Below, one piece after another: positions 47,801 to 57,372 of a DNA stretch of 64,000 nucleotides. A program made the translations under genes and the position numbers. This DNA is from a virus (lineage: Duplodnaviria; Heunggongvirae; Uroviricota; Caudoviricetes). The DNA is taken from IMG/VR virus record IMGVR_UViG_3300021426_000084; one strand, written 5' to 3'. Under the pieces are notes generated by a model. That model did not search any database. It was not told the origin of the DNA and saw nothing but the letters and a program-made list of their open reading frames with translations. Within the stretch, counting starts at the first letter, position 1. The number at the start of each line of letters is the position of its first letter.

Positions 47801-48027
47801 GAATAGGTAACGCTGTTATTAATCCCAGACTTGTTCAGAGCGCTACTATTGAAGAAAAGACGGGCTTCCTGGGATTGTGGGACGGTTGGTATATCGAATG
47901 CAAAATGACGGACGGCAAAACCATTGCAATTAAAGACAGTAATGGCGAATGTTTTCCGTCACCGATCCCTGCCGGCTTGGAATTAGATAAGATTGTAAGA
48001 AGAACAAACAACGCCATTGTTGCATAA
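47758..48027 (+). CDS. small protein, paralog of 23640-23858 (start uncertain; overlaps the 3' end of the NTase gene)
   Basis: RIGNAVINPR...CKMTDGKTIAIKDSNG. Confidence 0.4.
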   Translation: MHSPEAESETETLLRIGNAVINPRLVQSATIEEKTGFLGLWDGWYIECKMTDGKTIAIKDSNGECFPSPIPAGLELDKIVRRTNNAIVA

Positions 48028-48557
48028 TGGAAAGGGTGATAAGATTGCTCGACATTAGTATAGGCGATATTGTCAGCTTCAAAGAAGACAAGAAGCATAC
48101 TCCTTATACTGTGAGCTGGCTCATTAATGGAAAAGACATTGAGTTGAAGGAAGTTGGAAGCGATTATTACTTTCCGTCAAAAATGTTCAATGTAGTGGCA
48201 AAATGCCGCTACCAAAACGGCGACCGAGTAAAACTCATAGCTGTATTCTGGCACGATGAAAAGAAAGAGTTCCAGGAAGAAGAAATTATGGGCACGGTAA
48301 GAGGTGGGTTTATCGATTTTGATAAGCGCACATATGACCATTATCGTGTCTGCAAGGTTAATCTCAATGAGGTGTATCCAGCAGACCGTGATGGAGTTGA
48401 TTATGACTGTGCTTTTTGCGAGCCCAGCGAAGAGAACATTCGAAAGGCAAAGCTGTCATATCTGAGACGGTTAACATCCAAGGTGGAAGACCTCAAAGAA
48501 GATTATGAAGATGCCAATAGTCAGTTACTGGCCATGCGGCAGCAGATTGGAGGTTAA
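48027..48557 (+). CDS. hypothetical protein
   Basis: 176-aa ORF. Confidence 0.5.
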   Translation: MERVIRLLDISIGDIVSFKEDKKHTPYTVSWLINGKDIELKEVGSDYYFPSKMFNVVAKCRYQNGDRVKLIAVFWHDEKKEFQEEEIMGTVRGGFIDFDKRTYDHYRVCKVNLNEVYPADRDGVDYDCAFCEPSEENIRKAKLSYLRRLTSKVEDLKEDYEDANSQLLAMRQQIGG

Positions 48558-48560
48558 GCT

Positions 48561-48791
48561 ATGCCACCGGAAAACTATAAAGAAAATTGGCAGGATATGC
48601 CTATGAAGGTATATCTTGACGATAAAGAAATTGGAGTAACCGTAGGGGATACCGCCATGACGATTAGTATGGAGGCTAATTTCCAGGGGAAACGCCGCCG
48701 CATGAAAGAGCGCGCCATGAAACTGTTATGGCATCATGTGCGCGATTTAAGCGGCAAGGGTATTCTCTCACTGAAGGCAGGTGTCTTATGA
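48561..48791 (+). CDS. hypothetical protein
   Basis: 76-aa ORF. Confidence 0.45.
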   Translation: MPPENYKENWQDMPMKVYLDDKEIGVTVGDTAMTISMEANFQGKRRRMKERAMKLLWHHVRDLSGKGILSLKAGVL

Positions 48792-49042
48792 GCAAGAATA
48801 AATTTGTTTGGTTGGGCAGCAATACTTATGTACCCTATACAGATGTCTTGATGCTGACGGACTACAATGAGCCGCAGACAAAAAAGATTGTCAAGAAAGC
48901 CAAGGAAGAAAATATGCTGCTCGACTATTCCCGCGGGCAGGGCAAAGAAACCGTATGTATGCTTAAGGATAATACGGTTATCGTAACCAGCGCAGAGTTG
49001 TATGAAGTGCTGCGCCCGTACGAAGAGCCGGAACAGGCCTAA
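48788..49042 (+). CDS. hypothetical protein
   Basis: ATGA overlap; SD gaaggcaggtg. Confidence 0.45.
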   Translation: MSKNKFVWLGSNTYVPYTDVLMLTDYNEPQTKKIVKKAKEENMLLDYSRGQGKETVCMLKDNTVIVTSAELYEVLRPYEEPEQA

Positions 49043-49059
49043 AAGCGAGGTGCTTTTCA

Positions 49060-49434
49060 ATGACGCCACAGGAGTATTTAGCCTACAGGACGCAGATAGA
49101 TGTTCGGCGTCTGAGTAATAATGATGTCTTCTATCTGCTGGATGCCGCGGTGGCTGAAATCCTCGAACGATATGGCAAAGAGGAAGCTGCCAGAGCGTTG
49201 GAAAGGCGCGCCATTCAAACAGACCAGGTTACATCCATTGAAGAAATGGGTCTTTCGGTAAGGGCATTCAATGTGCTATGGCGCAATAAAATCTATACGC
49301 TTGAACAGTTACTGACAACAAAGGCTTTAGACGTATATACAGCCAGAAACTGCGGCAAAAAAACCTTTCAGAACATTGTTGACGCCGTAAGGCGCTACGG
49401 AAACCAAGAATGGGGTAAACATTTGGTTAAGTGA
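49060..49434 (+). CDS. protein with RNA-polymerase alpha-CTD-like helix-hairpin-helix domain
   Basis: GLSVRAFNVLWRNKIYTLEQLL...NCGKKTFQNI resembles LSVRSANCLK..I.TV.EL...NLGKKSL.EI of RpoA CTD. Confidence 0.45.
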   Translation: MTPQEYLAYRTQIDVRRLSNNDVFYLLDAAVAEILERYGKEEAARALERRAIQTDQVTSIEEMGLSVRAFNVLWRNKIYTLEQLLTTKALDVYTARNCGKKTFQNIVDAVRRYGNQEWGKHLVK

Positions 49435-49445
49435 GGTGTTGCGCA

Positions 49446-49658
49446 ATGGCCGGTAAATATGAACCAAGAGAGCGTATAGCTCTGGACGGTGTTGTATGGT
49501 GGGTGCCGTACAATGTACAAACACAGCGGTATTCTACAATGCTGTGTCATGGCAAATACCGCACGAAAAAAGCATGTGCGGTGGCGATTGAATTTGCTGA
49601 TAAGAAATACCGCGATTTCCTTTATAAGAGAGGTGAATTAAGTGATTATCGCCGTTGA
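49446..49658 (+). CDS. small hypothetical protein
   Basis: ATG 49446 after gaggtg. Confidence 0.4.
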   Translation: MAGKYEPRERIALDGVVWWVPYNVQTQRYSTMLCHGKYRTKKACAVAIEFADKKYRDFLYKRGELSDYRR

Positions 49659-50001
49659 TTTCGATGGTACGATCAGCCACGCAAAATATCCGGGCGTAAA
49701 ACTGGATGATATGGCTGTTGACATACTGCGGCGCGCCAAAGAAAACGGCCACAAGCTTATTCTTTGGACATGCCGTATTGATAACGCACTGATAGCAGCA
49801 GTAGAAGCCTGTCTTGAAGAAGGATTGGACTTTGATGCTATCAATGATAATATCCCGGAGCAAGCTGCAGAATGGACAGCTCTTACGGGCGAAACGGATT
49901 TTAGCCCCAAGGTTTACGCCGATTATTATATTGACGAAAAAGCCTACCCGAACAAAAAGGTAGATTGGAAAACCTGGGATAGGATTCTCAACCGAAACTA
50001 A
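49642..50001 (+). CDS. small HAD-like hydrolase
   Basis: VDFDGTI motif I; 119 aa. Confidence 0.45.
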   Translation: MIIAVDFDGTISHAKYPGVKLDDMAVDILRRAKENGHKLILWTCRIDNALIAAVEACLEEGLDFDAINDNIPEQAAEWTALTGETDFSPKVYADYYIDEKAYPNKKVDWKTWDRILNRN

Positions 50002-50026
50002 AAACTTAAGAAGGGGGCCAGTGGCT

Positions 50027-50194
50027 ATGCAATATATCGTAACCTACGAGTGCAAAGGTAAGAGAGGGATATGCGTCGTAGAAGCCGACGACATCGAAAA
50101 TGCGGAAGAAGTATTTCGGCGCGAAAATCCTCAGCTTGAGAACGTATTTATAACGTCTGTAACCAGAGGCTACAAAACGACGCCGGAGGAATAA
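50027..50194 (+). CDS. 55-aa hypothetical protein
   Basis: not in track; SD aagaagggggcc before ATG 50027. Confidence 0.4.
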   Translation: MQYIVTYECKGKRGICVVEADDIENAEEVFRRENPQLENVFITSVTRGYKTTPEE

Positions 50195-50199
50195 AAACA

Positions 50200-50736
50200 G
50201 TGAATAAATGTGGTTGCCTTATTGTAATCATTTTTCTCGTGTTCATTGGTTATCTGTGTTATCCCAAACCAGCGACAGTTGAAGTAATTGATATTGGCTG
50301 GGAATGCGAGGTTCAGCTTCAGGAGTTGAAAACGGTAACGGAGTCCGATTGGTCAGTTCCGTCAGGAGCAAGGGTGCGTGATTCGTACAGCGATATTTAC
50401 ACGTATACGTACGTGAATAATATACCCATTCCCATATACGAGACAAAGTATGATTACGATGTTGAGCGGTGGGTGAAAGGCCGAACCATAAAAACTTCCG
50501 GCAATAATAAGTCACCCTATTATGGTGAGGTAGAACTTGCACCGGCATCGGGCGAATATGGCGTTGGAGAAGAAAGAGAATATCGCAGAACAACCACACG
50601 TACAGTCACTGGGAAAGTAAATGGTGAATACAGGACATTGGTTGTTGATAACGATTCCTGGTGGCAGGAAATAAATATCGGCGACAGAATTAGCGGAGAC
50701 ATTACGTTTTTTGACCACTTAAAAAGAGAAGGGTGA
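50200..50736 (+). CDS. membrane-anchored hypothetical protein
   Basis: GTG start; N-terminal TM helix. Confidence 0.5.
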   Translation: MNKCGCLIVIIFLVFIGYLCYPKPATVEVIDIGWECEVQLQELKTVTESDWSVPSGARVRDSYSDIYTYTYVNNIPIPIYETKYDYDVERWVKGRTIKTSGNNKSPYYGEVELAPASGEYGVGEEREYRRTTTRTVTGKVNGEYRTLVVDNDSWWQEINIGDRISGDITFFDHLKREG

Positions 50737-50738
50737 AA

Positions 50739-50981
50739 ATGATGGCTAATGAATTTTTCCGTTTTTTTGATGAAGTAATTAAACGCAGTTACTATATACA
50801 TTTGGATGTTGGCTATAATAAGGCTGCAGATTATTGCATTAAAGTTTATCGCAAGGGTTGCGGAGAAGATGGCAAGGATTTGGTGCTATGTAGGGCACAG
50901 GACAGCGATATGGAGCTTGCTTTTGCAAAGGCCTATGTCGAGTTGAAGCAATGGCTTTGTGATAACAAGGTTGGCTATTGA
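50739..50981 (+). CDS. hypothetical protein
   Basis: ATG 50739 after agaagggtga. Confidence 0.45.
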   Translation: MMANEFFRFFDEVIKRSYYIHLDVGYNKAADYCIKVYRKGCGEDGKDLVLCRAQDSDMELAFAKAYVELKQWLCDNKVGY

Positions 50982-51011
50982 TGACAAGAAAAGAAACGAG
51001 GATGATGACTA

Positions 51012-51194
51012 ATGCTGACCGAAAATGAATTTTGGAAACAGCTAGGCAGCATGATAGAGTGCAAGTCCATGTGCCATCTTTGCCCTGCAAATACTATCTG
51101 CATACCATCCAGTCCATGTAAAGTAGTTTTGCAGGAAATGTATGAACGGGTTAAGCAGGCAGAAAGGGAGTGTAAAAATGTTAACAAATCTTGA
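51012..51194 (+). CDS. small Cys-rich protein (C-x2-CPA family member 2)
   Basis: CHLCPANTIC. Confidence 0.4.
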   Translation: MLTENEFWKQLGSMIECKSMCHLCPANTICIPSSPCKVVLQEMYERVKQAERECKNVNKS

Positions 51195-51900
51195 TACTAC
51201 TATTATGGTTTTTGCTTATCGTTATGCTGTTGAGCATTATATGTCGTATACTCTCGAACCTGTCTGTGATTACATCATTGACAAAGTACCGGAGATGACT
51301 GACCAGCAGATTACAACTCTCAAGAATGAAGTTAAGTACGCGCTGGAAAACAATAAATATACTGACGATATTGTTTTCAGCAAAGCTAATAAACTTTTTC
51401 AGCGGCTGCTTCACGGCAATATCCATGTTGATGATTGGTTTTACGATATTGCAGGTGGCGAACAGGTATGGGCGCGTGTTGTCCACAATAATCGTTATTG
51501 CTATTGGGGCTGCGAAACAAAAGATGTCTTTCCTGATAGCCAGGATTTTTACGATGGTTGTGAACAGGGAAATAAGTTGTTGTTGGACAAAATCATCCGT
51601 GACAGCTTTGACCCGGCCAAGCTTCCGCGCATTGAAGACGCTTCACCGGCTATGCAGTATCTTTGGCACAATATTACAGACAGCGATAACTGCATGTGGT
51701 TTGTCGATAACGATGAATTCGAGTTTAGCAGCTATTATGAAGACCTGAAACTTACCAAAGAAGAATTTCAGAAACAGGTTGATGCTGATATCAAGAAGTA
51801 TCATCTGGAAGATGTCATTACAAAATATGAGGATGCAACAGCAATGTACACCTGTTATGGCGACTTGCAGAGTAAGTTCTCAGGAAGTAATGCTGCATGA
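51178..51900 (+). CDS. hypothetical protein
   Basis: ATG 51178 after aaagggagtg. Confidence 0.5.
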   Translation: MLTNLDTTIMVFAYRYAVEHYMSYTLEPVCDYIIDKVPEMTDQQITTLKNEVKYALENNKYTDDIVFSKANKLFQRLLHGNIHVDDWFYDIAGGEQVWARVVHNNRYCYWGCETKDVFPDSQDFYDGCEQGNKLLLDKIIRDSFDPAKLPRIEDASPAMQYLWHNITDSDNCMWFVDNDEFEFSSYYEDLKLTKEEFQKQVDADIKKYHLEDVITKYEDATAMYTCYGDLQSKFSGSNAA

Positions 51901-52118
51901 CAAAGTTTGATAAACAGGTTATGATAGCCGCTTTAGGTGCCATACAAAATATCTGCGAAGAAAATTACAAAAAGAAGGATGGCTGTGCCAACTGCCCCGC
52001 CAACGGGAAAGGAAAACTCTGTCATTCAGGTTCCATTTCCTGTTGCGCGCCGCATGGCTGGTACGGCTTCAACGAAAAAGAAGAACGCTTGAAATTGGGC
52101 AAGGAAGTGGAGCAATGA
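51897..52118 (+). CDS. small Cys-rich protein (C-x2-CPA family member 3)
   Basis: CANCPANGKGKLC. Confidence 0.45.
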   Translation: MTKFDKQVMIAALGAIQNICEENYKKKDGCANCPANGKGKLCHSGSISCCAPHGWYGFNEKEERLKLGKEVEQ

Positions 52119-52324
52119 CCAACATGGAATATGCAAAAAGCCTCTTGCCGTCATCCTTGTCGCTCCCCATCTCCGATGAAACATTGGATAACTTGATTGA
52201 CGCACAATCATTGAAGCTTTGTTTGATGAAAGGCGTTCCACTAGAAGAGTGTGGTTCAGGAGCTATGGATATGGTAATTTTGGCGGCTTTGCTTGAGTTA
52301 AAAGAGAAAAGAGGAAATGAATAA
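52115..52324 (+). CDS. small protein, module-1 small subunit (paralog of 56451-56825)
   Basis: AKSLLPSSL..P..DET.D.LI..Q...ALLAALLELKE shared pattern. Confidence 0.45.
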   Translation: MTNMEYAKSLLPSSLSLPISDETLDNLIDAQSLKLCLMKGVPLEECGSGAMDMVILAALLELKEKRGNE

Positions 52325-52836
52325 TGGCAGAAACTGCTGTCTCTTTGAGACTAGAAGACTGGAGTCAGCTATTGGTTAAGCTTAAAAACGCTATCGGCTT
52401 AGAAAAAGCCGATAGCTTTATCAAGGAAGCCGATATCGTGCTGACTCCCAAGAAACATCCGAAAATGATTACGCTTCGGTGGATTGATTTTGACTTAAAC
52501 GAGCCGGCGACAGAGGCGCAGGATATGTTTAGAATGTTCCTGCAGTCTTACAAATATAACGCCATCAGCATACCGGATTATGTCGAAGGCATTACGGAAA
52601 ATTACGATTACCGTAATGAGGTAAATGATTTTAATTGGCAGTGGCCAATGATCGTGTTACCAACGGAAGAAGCTTATATGAGAGAGCTTGAACGTATCCT
52701 GCCTAAAGTCATTAAGCTGGCAATGGATGCAGGCGTTACCAAAGAACAGCTGCTTCCGGTATTTGAAAATGCCTTGAATTGGCGCAAGAGCAAGGAAGAA
52801 GTGCTTGACGCGTACATCGAAAAAAGCAGGCATTAA
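52324..52836 (+). CDS. module-1 large subunit (paralog of 55920-56447)
   Basis: MAETAVSLRLEDWSQLLVKLKNAIGLEKAD vs MSETAITMRLEDWSQVLVQFKNAVGLEKAD. Confidence 0.55.
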   Translation: MAETAVSLRLEDWSQLLVKLKNAIGLEKADSFIKEADIVLTPKKHPKMITLRWIDFDLNEPATEAQDMFRMFLQSYKYNAISIPDYVEGITENYDYRNEVNDFNWQWPMIVLPTEEAYMRELERILPKVIKLAMDAGVTKEQLLPVFENALNWRKSKEEVLDAYIEKSRH

Positions 52837-52868
52837 CATCACTGAGTATGAAGAAAGGTGTGTGGATA

Positions 52869-53087
52869 ATGATGCTTAAGTACAGTGTTCGCGCTTATCC
52901 AGTAAATTACATCAATGACTTCCCTGTTGTTGAAAAGGAAATTGTTGTAAAAAAAGTATCACCTTATACAATCATTGAAGACTTTTACGGACGCAGAGTA
53001 ACCTATGTCCGTAAGATGTCTGATGGTTATATAGCTACAAGCGGTTACGTCAACTTCAGGATTGAAGCAACCAAGATAAAAGATTGA
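52869..53087 (+). CDS. small hypothetical protein
   Basis: ATG 52869 after aaaggtg. Confidence 0.4.
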   Translation: MMLKYSVRAYPVNYINDFPVVEKEIVVKKVSPYTIIEDFYGRRVTYVRKMSDGYIATSGYVNFRIEATKIKD

Positions 53088-53109
53088 TTTTTTAAAGGAG
53101 AGATTTAAA

Positions 53110-53865
53110 ATGGCAAACGAATTGACGGTAGTAAATGAAAAAGAACGTGCTATCCTGCTGTCCGTAGTGGGCGGCAAACTGGCGCAGGAAATCGAATTCA
53201 CGCAGCTTGACAACGCAATCGAAAAGATTGCGGCCCACACCACGGCGCTCACCGATGGTGAGCGTGAAAGCGCGGCAAACCTTATCGACAAGTTCGAAAA
53301 CCGTGTCGTATACGCGATTGGCGAAAAGAGCCAGACTCTGCATGATTTCGCGGCTAACTTCAAACTGGAGACGAATGCCTCGTATCATAGAATCACCGAT
53401 GCGCTGGATGAATACGGCCCGCAGATTCATGCTGTGCTTGCCAGTCAGGAACTCAGCGAACTTGACGAGGCTCTGACCGCGATTGAAACGAGTATCGAGA
53501 AAATTGATGACTATAAGCTCGAAAACGAGCCGGAAAAGCCTTTTATCGATGAAGATGTGATGACTCGGATTGAAGTATCCGAAATCAACATGGAATACAA
53601 CATGAACAAGGCCAAGTTCGAGAATGCTGTTCATAAGCTGGAATATAGCGTCCGTAGTCAGTTCCATGATTTCATGGTTGCGTTGAGAAAGGACAAGAAA
53701 ATCAAGCGCTTCCTGAAGATTTTGGACGAACAGGCTAAAAACGCTCAGCAGGCAAAAGGCATTGTTGAAGAAAAGGCAGAAGCCGCCAAAATGGCCATTA
53801 TGATTAGCGACGGCGATATCCGTGCAGCGCTGCAGGATTTCCATGATTTCGCATCAACCCTGTAA
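53110..53865 (+). CDS. acidic helical hypothetical protein
   Basis: 251-aa ORF with SD aaaggagag. Confidence 0.55.
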   Translation: MANELTVVNEKERAILLSVVGGKLAQEIEFTQLDNAIEKIAAHTTALTDGERESAANLIDKFENRVVYAIGEKSQTLHDFAANFKLETNASYHRITDALDEYGPQIHAVLASQELSELDEALTAIETSIEKIDDYKLENEPEKPFIDEDVMTRIEVSEINMEYNMNKAKFENAVHKLEYSVRSQFHDFMVALRKDKKIKRFLKILDEQAKNAQQAKGIVEEKAEAAKMAIMISDGDIRAALQDFHDFASTL

Positions 53866-53957
53866 CCGGTAAATAAGGCCAAGAGCACTCAAATGGTTTG
53901 TCTGTTTGAGTGTTGCTACGCTTTATTTACCGGAGCGCGCAAGAAAAGGAGAGAGAA

Positions 53958-55139
53958 ATGATGAACAACAAAGAAAAGCTGAAAATGCTTACCGGAGATG
54001 ATGTAACTATAGTATGGCATACTCTGGAGATACTAAAAATATTGGCAACAGTACCGGAAGATATGATGACGCCGGAAATTAAGAAGACAAAAGTAGCATG
54101 CACCAGTTTTATAAATAAGTATGTTGACACTTTGGAAGAAACAGTAGACAAAACTGGCATTAAAAAGAAATCAGAGCGTCATAATACTTATTTTTATCCC
54201 AGCGGAATGATAGGTATGTCATATAGTAGCTCGTCGTATTATGACATTGGATTAAAACCGTGGACGCCTAGTAAAAAAGCGCTGGAAGAATATGAACGGT
54301 TGAAATCCGGCAATACCAAAACCGTTACAGAGTTGACTGCAGAAGAACAGCAGAAAAAAGACAAGTTGGAAGCACAACGCCAAAAAAGAAAGGCAAATCT
54401 TAGCCAGGGAAAACTTAATTTAGGCGCTATAAAGAAAGTTTCTTCTATAATTTATTGGCAGCTTAAGGATTCCTGTGGCAAGAAATACAAGTTCCCGGTT
54501 AACGAAGGGAAACCTCTGGCAACGATTATCCAAAAGATGGGCGAATGTAGTCGTGCTCTTGAAGATGTTGACTCGGAATCGCAGAAAGCTGCAGTCTTGA
54601 GTAAAGTATGCCAAAAGTACGAAGACCAGATTAACGATTGCATTAAGTTATACATGGGAGATAGGCGCTTGTTTGTGTATACTTATCATTACTGGGATAA
54701 TGACTGTAGGAAAGAAAAGCATGACATAAGTTGTCATGAAAAGTGGACGAATATTATTCCGGGAAAAGAAAAAGAATTTTCAACTTTGCTTTCTTCTCTA
54801 GCGGCCAAAGTCTTTCAGTATAATGAAAACCCTGAAAATCGTTGGAAAAGCAATATTTCTATGGCAGATGTAATACGCACCATAATTAAAAAGTCATTAT
54901 CTAAAAGCAACTTAGGATATCGTATTGTAGATAACCTCGATGCGAAAAATGAATTTGACGAAGCAGCGAAAATGCTGGAAGTCAGCACAAATGTAAAAGA
55001 CGCTATTGTGCAGAACAATCCAAATGTTGACGGGGTAACTCCGTTTATGCGCAATATGCTGATTCGTATGAATTTCTGCGATGGTGAAATCGTAGAAGCG
55101 CAGGAAGAATCCGAACAGGAAGAAGAGGTGGCTGTATGA
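53958..55139 (+). CDS. hypothetical protein (about 393 aa)
   Basis: ATG 53958 after aaaaggagagagaa. Confidence 0.55.
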   Translation: MMNNKEKLKMLTGDDVTIVWHTLEILKILATVPEDMMTPEIKKTKVACTSFINKYVDTLEETVDKTGIKKKSERHNTYFYPSGMIGMSYSSSSYYDIGLKPWTPSKKALEEYERLKSGNTKTVTELTAEEQQKKDKLEAQRQKRKANLSQGKLNLGAIKKVSSIIYWQLKDSCGKKYKFPVNEGKPLATIIQKMGECSRALEDVDSESQKAAVLSKVCQKYEDQINDCIKLYMGDRRLFVYTYHYWDNDCRKEKHDISCHEKWTNIIPGKEKEFSTLLSSLAAKVFQYNENPENRWKSNISMADVIRTIIKKSLSKSNLGYRIVDNLDAKNEFDEAAKMLEVSTNVKDAIVQNNPNVDGVTPFMRNMLIRMNFCDGEIVEAQEESEQEEEVAV

Positions 55140-55534
55140 TACCCGGAGTTAGAAGCTTGGAAGAAGCTATTGAATATGTAAAAGATCCAGATGTAAAGGA
55201 AGAACTTCTGCATCAATATTCATTTTCAATTATACCAAAGCTCGAAAAACTTGAAGAGATGACCAATCTTGAGGACGACCTGGAAGATGCTCAGGACGAA
55301 ATTGACGACTTAAGACGGGAATGCGAGAGTCTGGAGGACAATGTTGCTGAGCTGGAATGCGCAGAAGAAACATTGGATATAGTCAGGTCAAGGCTTATCG
55401 GGTGTGTTGGTAAACTAACGGCAGAAAAAGCTGTAGATTACCTCAATGAAGTTTTGAGAGCTTTGGATGAGAGAACAGTTGAAATCGTATCAAAAGAAGA
55501 ATATGACGAATGCTGCGGCAAGATACCGTTTTGA
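55136..55534 (+). CDS. acidic coiled-coil protein
   Basis: 132-aa ORF with ATGA overlap. Confidence 0.5.
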   Translation: MIPGVRSLEEAIEYVKDPDVKEELLHQYSFSIIPKLEKLEEMTNLEDDLEDAQDEIDDLRRECESLEDNVAELECAEETLDIVRSRLIGCVGKLTAEKAVDYLNEVLRALDERTVEIVSKEEYDECCGKIPF

Positions 55535-55548
55535 GGAGATGATTGACA

Positions 55549-55899
55549 ATGGGGCCATGGATTCGTACCGACGGGCTACAGATTGTGCGGCAACTTGGCT
55601 CTCGGGTTTTTGAGCTGGCAGAAGTTCAGCAAGCAGAACCGGGAAAATACGTCGTGGTTAAGACTATAATCGACCTCGATGATTACCTTGAAGAAGATAT
55701 TCTTGATTACATTCAGGGATATGGTTACAAAAGCATTGCGGATATGAAGAGACAATACGGCGAGGATACAAATCAGGTCATAGCAGAATGTATATTTGAA
55801 TGTCTGCAGCTTATCGATTATGATTTTGTTTCTTTCCTGTATCCATCCGAAAGTAGTGCTGAGTCATCGCTCCGAGCAATTGAAGGAAAACCATTGTGA
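55549..55899 (+). CDS. hypothetical protein
   Basis: ATG 55549 after gaggag. Confidence 0.45.
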   Translation: MGPWIRTDGLQIVRQLGSRVFELAEVQQAEPGKYVVVKTIIDLDDYLEEDILDYIQGYGYKSIADMKRQYGEDTNQVIAECIFECLQLIDYDFVSFLYPSESSAESSLRAIEGKPL

Positions 55900-55919
55900 T
55901 AAAAGAAAGGATGATATAA

Positions 55920-56447
55920 ATGTCAGAAACCGCTATTACCATGCGGCTTGAAGATTGGAGCCAGGTATTGGTTCAGTTCAAAAACGCCGTAGGCTTGGAA
56001 AAAGCGGATCGCTTGATTCGCGAATTGGAATTCGTGTTAATTCCGCGCAAAAATCCTCATTCGATTGCTTTTCGTGCGGATTTCGATATGGAAATCCCGA
56101 ACGATGAAATTGAAGAAGAGTTCATGGATATCGTAGAAGGGTTCAAGTACTACCTCATTGCCTGTACCGAAGACGCTACCGGTGAAACTGCCGGCTATCT
56201 TACTTACGAGGGTGATTGCGGCGACGGATATATCGGCCTGCAATCTCCGGAAGTTGTTCTTACGTCCAAGGAAATGTACATGACTGAACTGGAACGTGCG
56301 CTGCCGAAGATGATGGCACTGGCCGATAAGTTGGGCGCCACTAAGCAAGAAATCAGTGACATTCTCGATGAATCGGTAAATTATCGCGACAACAGGAAAG
56401 ACTTATTCGCGGCTTACTTTGAGAAGGCCGGCATTAAGGAGGTATGA
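55920..56447 (+). CDS. module-2 large subunit (paralog of 52324-52836)
   Basis: see 52324. Confidence 0.55.
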   Translation: MSETAITMRLEDWSQVLVQFKNAVGLEKADRLIRELEFVLIPRKNPHSIAFRADFDMEIPNDEIEEEFMDIVEGFKYYLIACTEDATGETAGYLTYEGDCGDGYIGLQSPEVVLTSKEMYMTELERALPKMMALADKLGATKQEISDILDESVNYRDNRKDLFAAYFEKAGIKEV

Positions 56448-56450
56448 GTT

Positions 56451-56825
56451 ATGATAAATACTACAGTAGATCCGGAACATGCAAAATCTTTTTTGCCGAG
56501 TCAATTAAAGTTCCCACTGCCGGATGAGACTGTGGATGCGCTTATCACTACCCAAGAAATTGCTATTCATTTGCCTGAAGATGATGATATCGATACAACG
56601 AATAATCATAATTACGCTTTGTTGGCGGCGCTTATCGAACTCAAAGAGTTGAGAGCCGAGAAAGATAACGTGCTTGACGACCAGGCCCAAAAAGACCTGT
56701 ATCGTCTCTATAAAGAAGAAGTTGCGTATAGCACTACCACAAAACAATGGTTCTTCTGGTCTGTTTTGGAATGTATTGGCTGTGAAGAAGAATTTAAGAA
56801 ATACAAGGAGGGCCGGGAATGTTAA
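56451..56825 (+). CDS. module-2 small subunit (paralog of 52115-52324)
   Basis: see 52115. Confidence 0.5.
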   Translation: MINTTVDPEHAKSFLPSQLKFPLPDETVDALITTQEIAIHLPEDDDIDTTNNHNYALLAALIELKELRAEKDNVLDDQAQKDLYRLYKEEVAYSTTTKQWFFWSVLECIGCEEEFKKYKEGREC

Positions 56826-57100
56826 GAGTAACAGTTTGGTATTGCCAGAATAAAGATGGCTCTTGGAGCCATAATCATATCGAAGATGGTTGGGCTATTG
56901 ACCTGGATATGCCGACGGCCATCAACGAACATCAGAAAGCAGCATGGGCCGGCAAGAAGTGGAAAGCGATGTATGCATACAAAACATCTGACGGCCTTGT
57001 AAGTGAAAAGGCGGCTTGCATTACTGCCCTGCGAATGTCAATAGCAAATATCAATTTTCCCGACGATTTGTTTGTGAAAAGTATGGAAGGAAAGATTTGA
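56819..57100 (+). CDS. hypothetical protein
   Basis: 93-aa ORF. Confidence 0.45.
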   Translation: MLRVTVWYCQNKDGSWSHNHIEDGWAIDLDMPTAINEHQKAAWAGKKWKAMYAYKTSDGLVSEKAACITALRMSIANINFPDDLFVKSMEGKI

Positions 57101-57102
57101 CA

Positions 57103-57372
57103 ATGACCGAAGAGAAGGATTTTACAAAAGAAGCGCTGAAAGGTATGGGCGCAACGGCCGTAGTAGGCTTGATTGTTTTTGCGGTGTCGGCCTTAATTAT
57201 TGGAACGCCTGTAGCGGTGGCTGCCGTATTAGGCTTGGACTGCGAAAATGCTTTTTGCATAGGTTACATCCTGCTCATTTTCATTGTGGTCCTACTACTT
57301 TGGTTTGTAGCTGAATACGATGCCGCCGAAAGAAAATATCGCGACCGAGGCACTTATCGGGAGGGGCTATAA
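57103..57372 (+). CDS. membrane protein (two TM helices)
   Basis: ATG 57103 after ggaaggaaag. Confidence 0.5.
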   Translation: MTEEKDFTKEALKGMGATAVVGLIVFAVSALIIGTPVAVAAVLGLDCENAFCIGYILLIFIVVLLLWFVAEYDAAERKYRDRGTYREGL

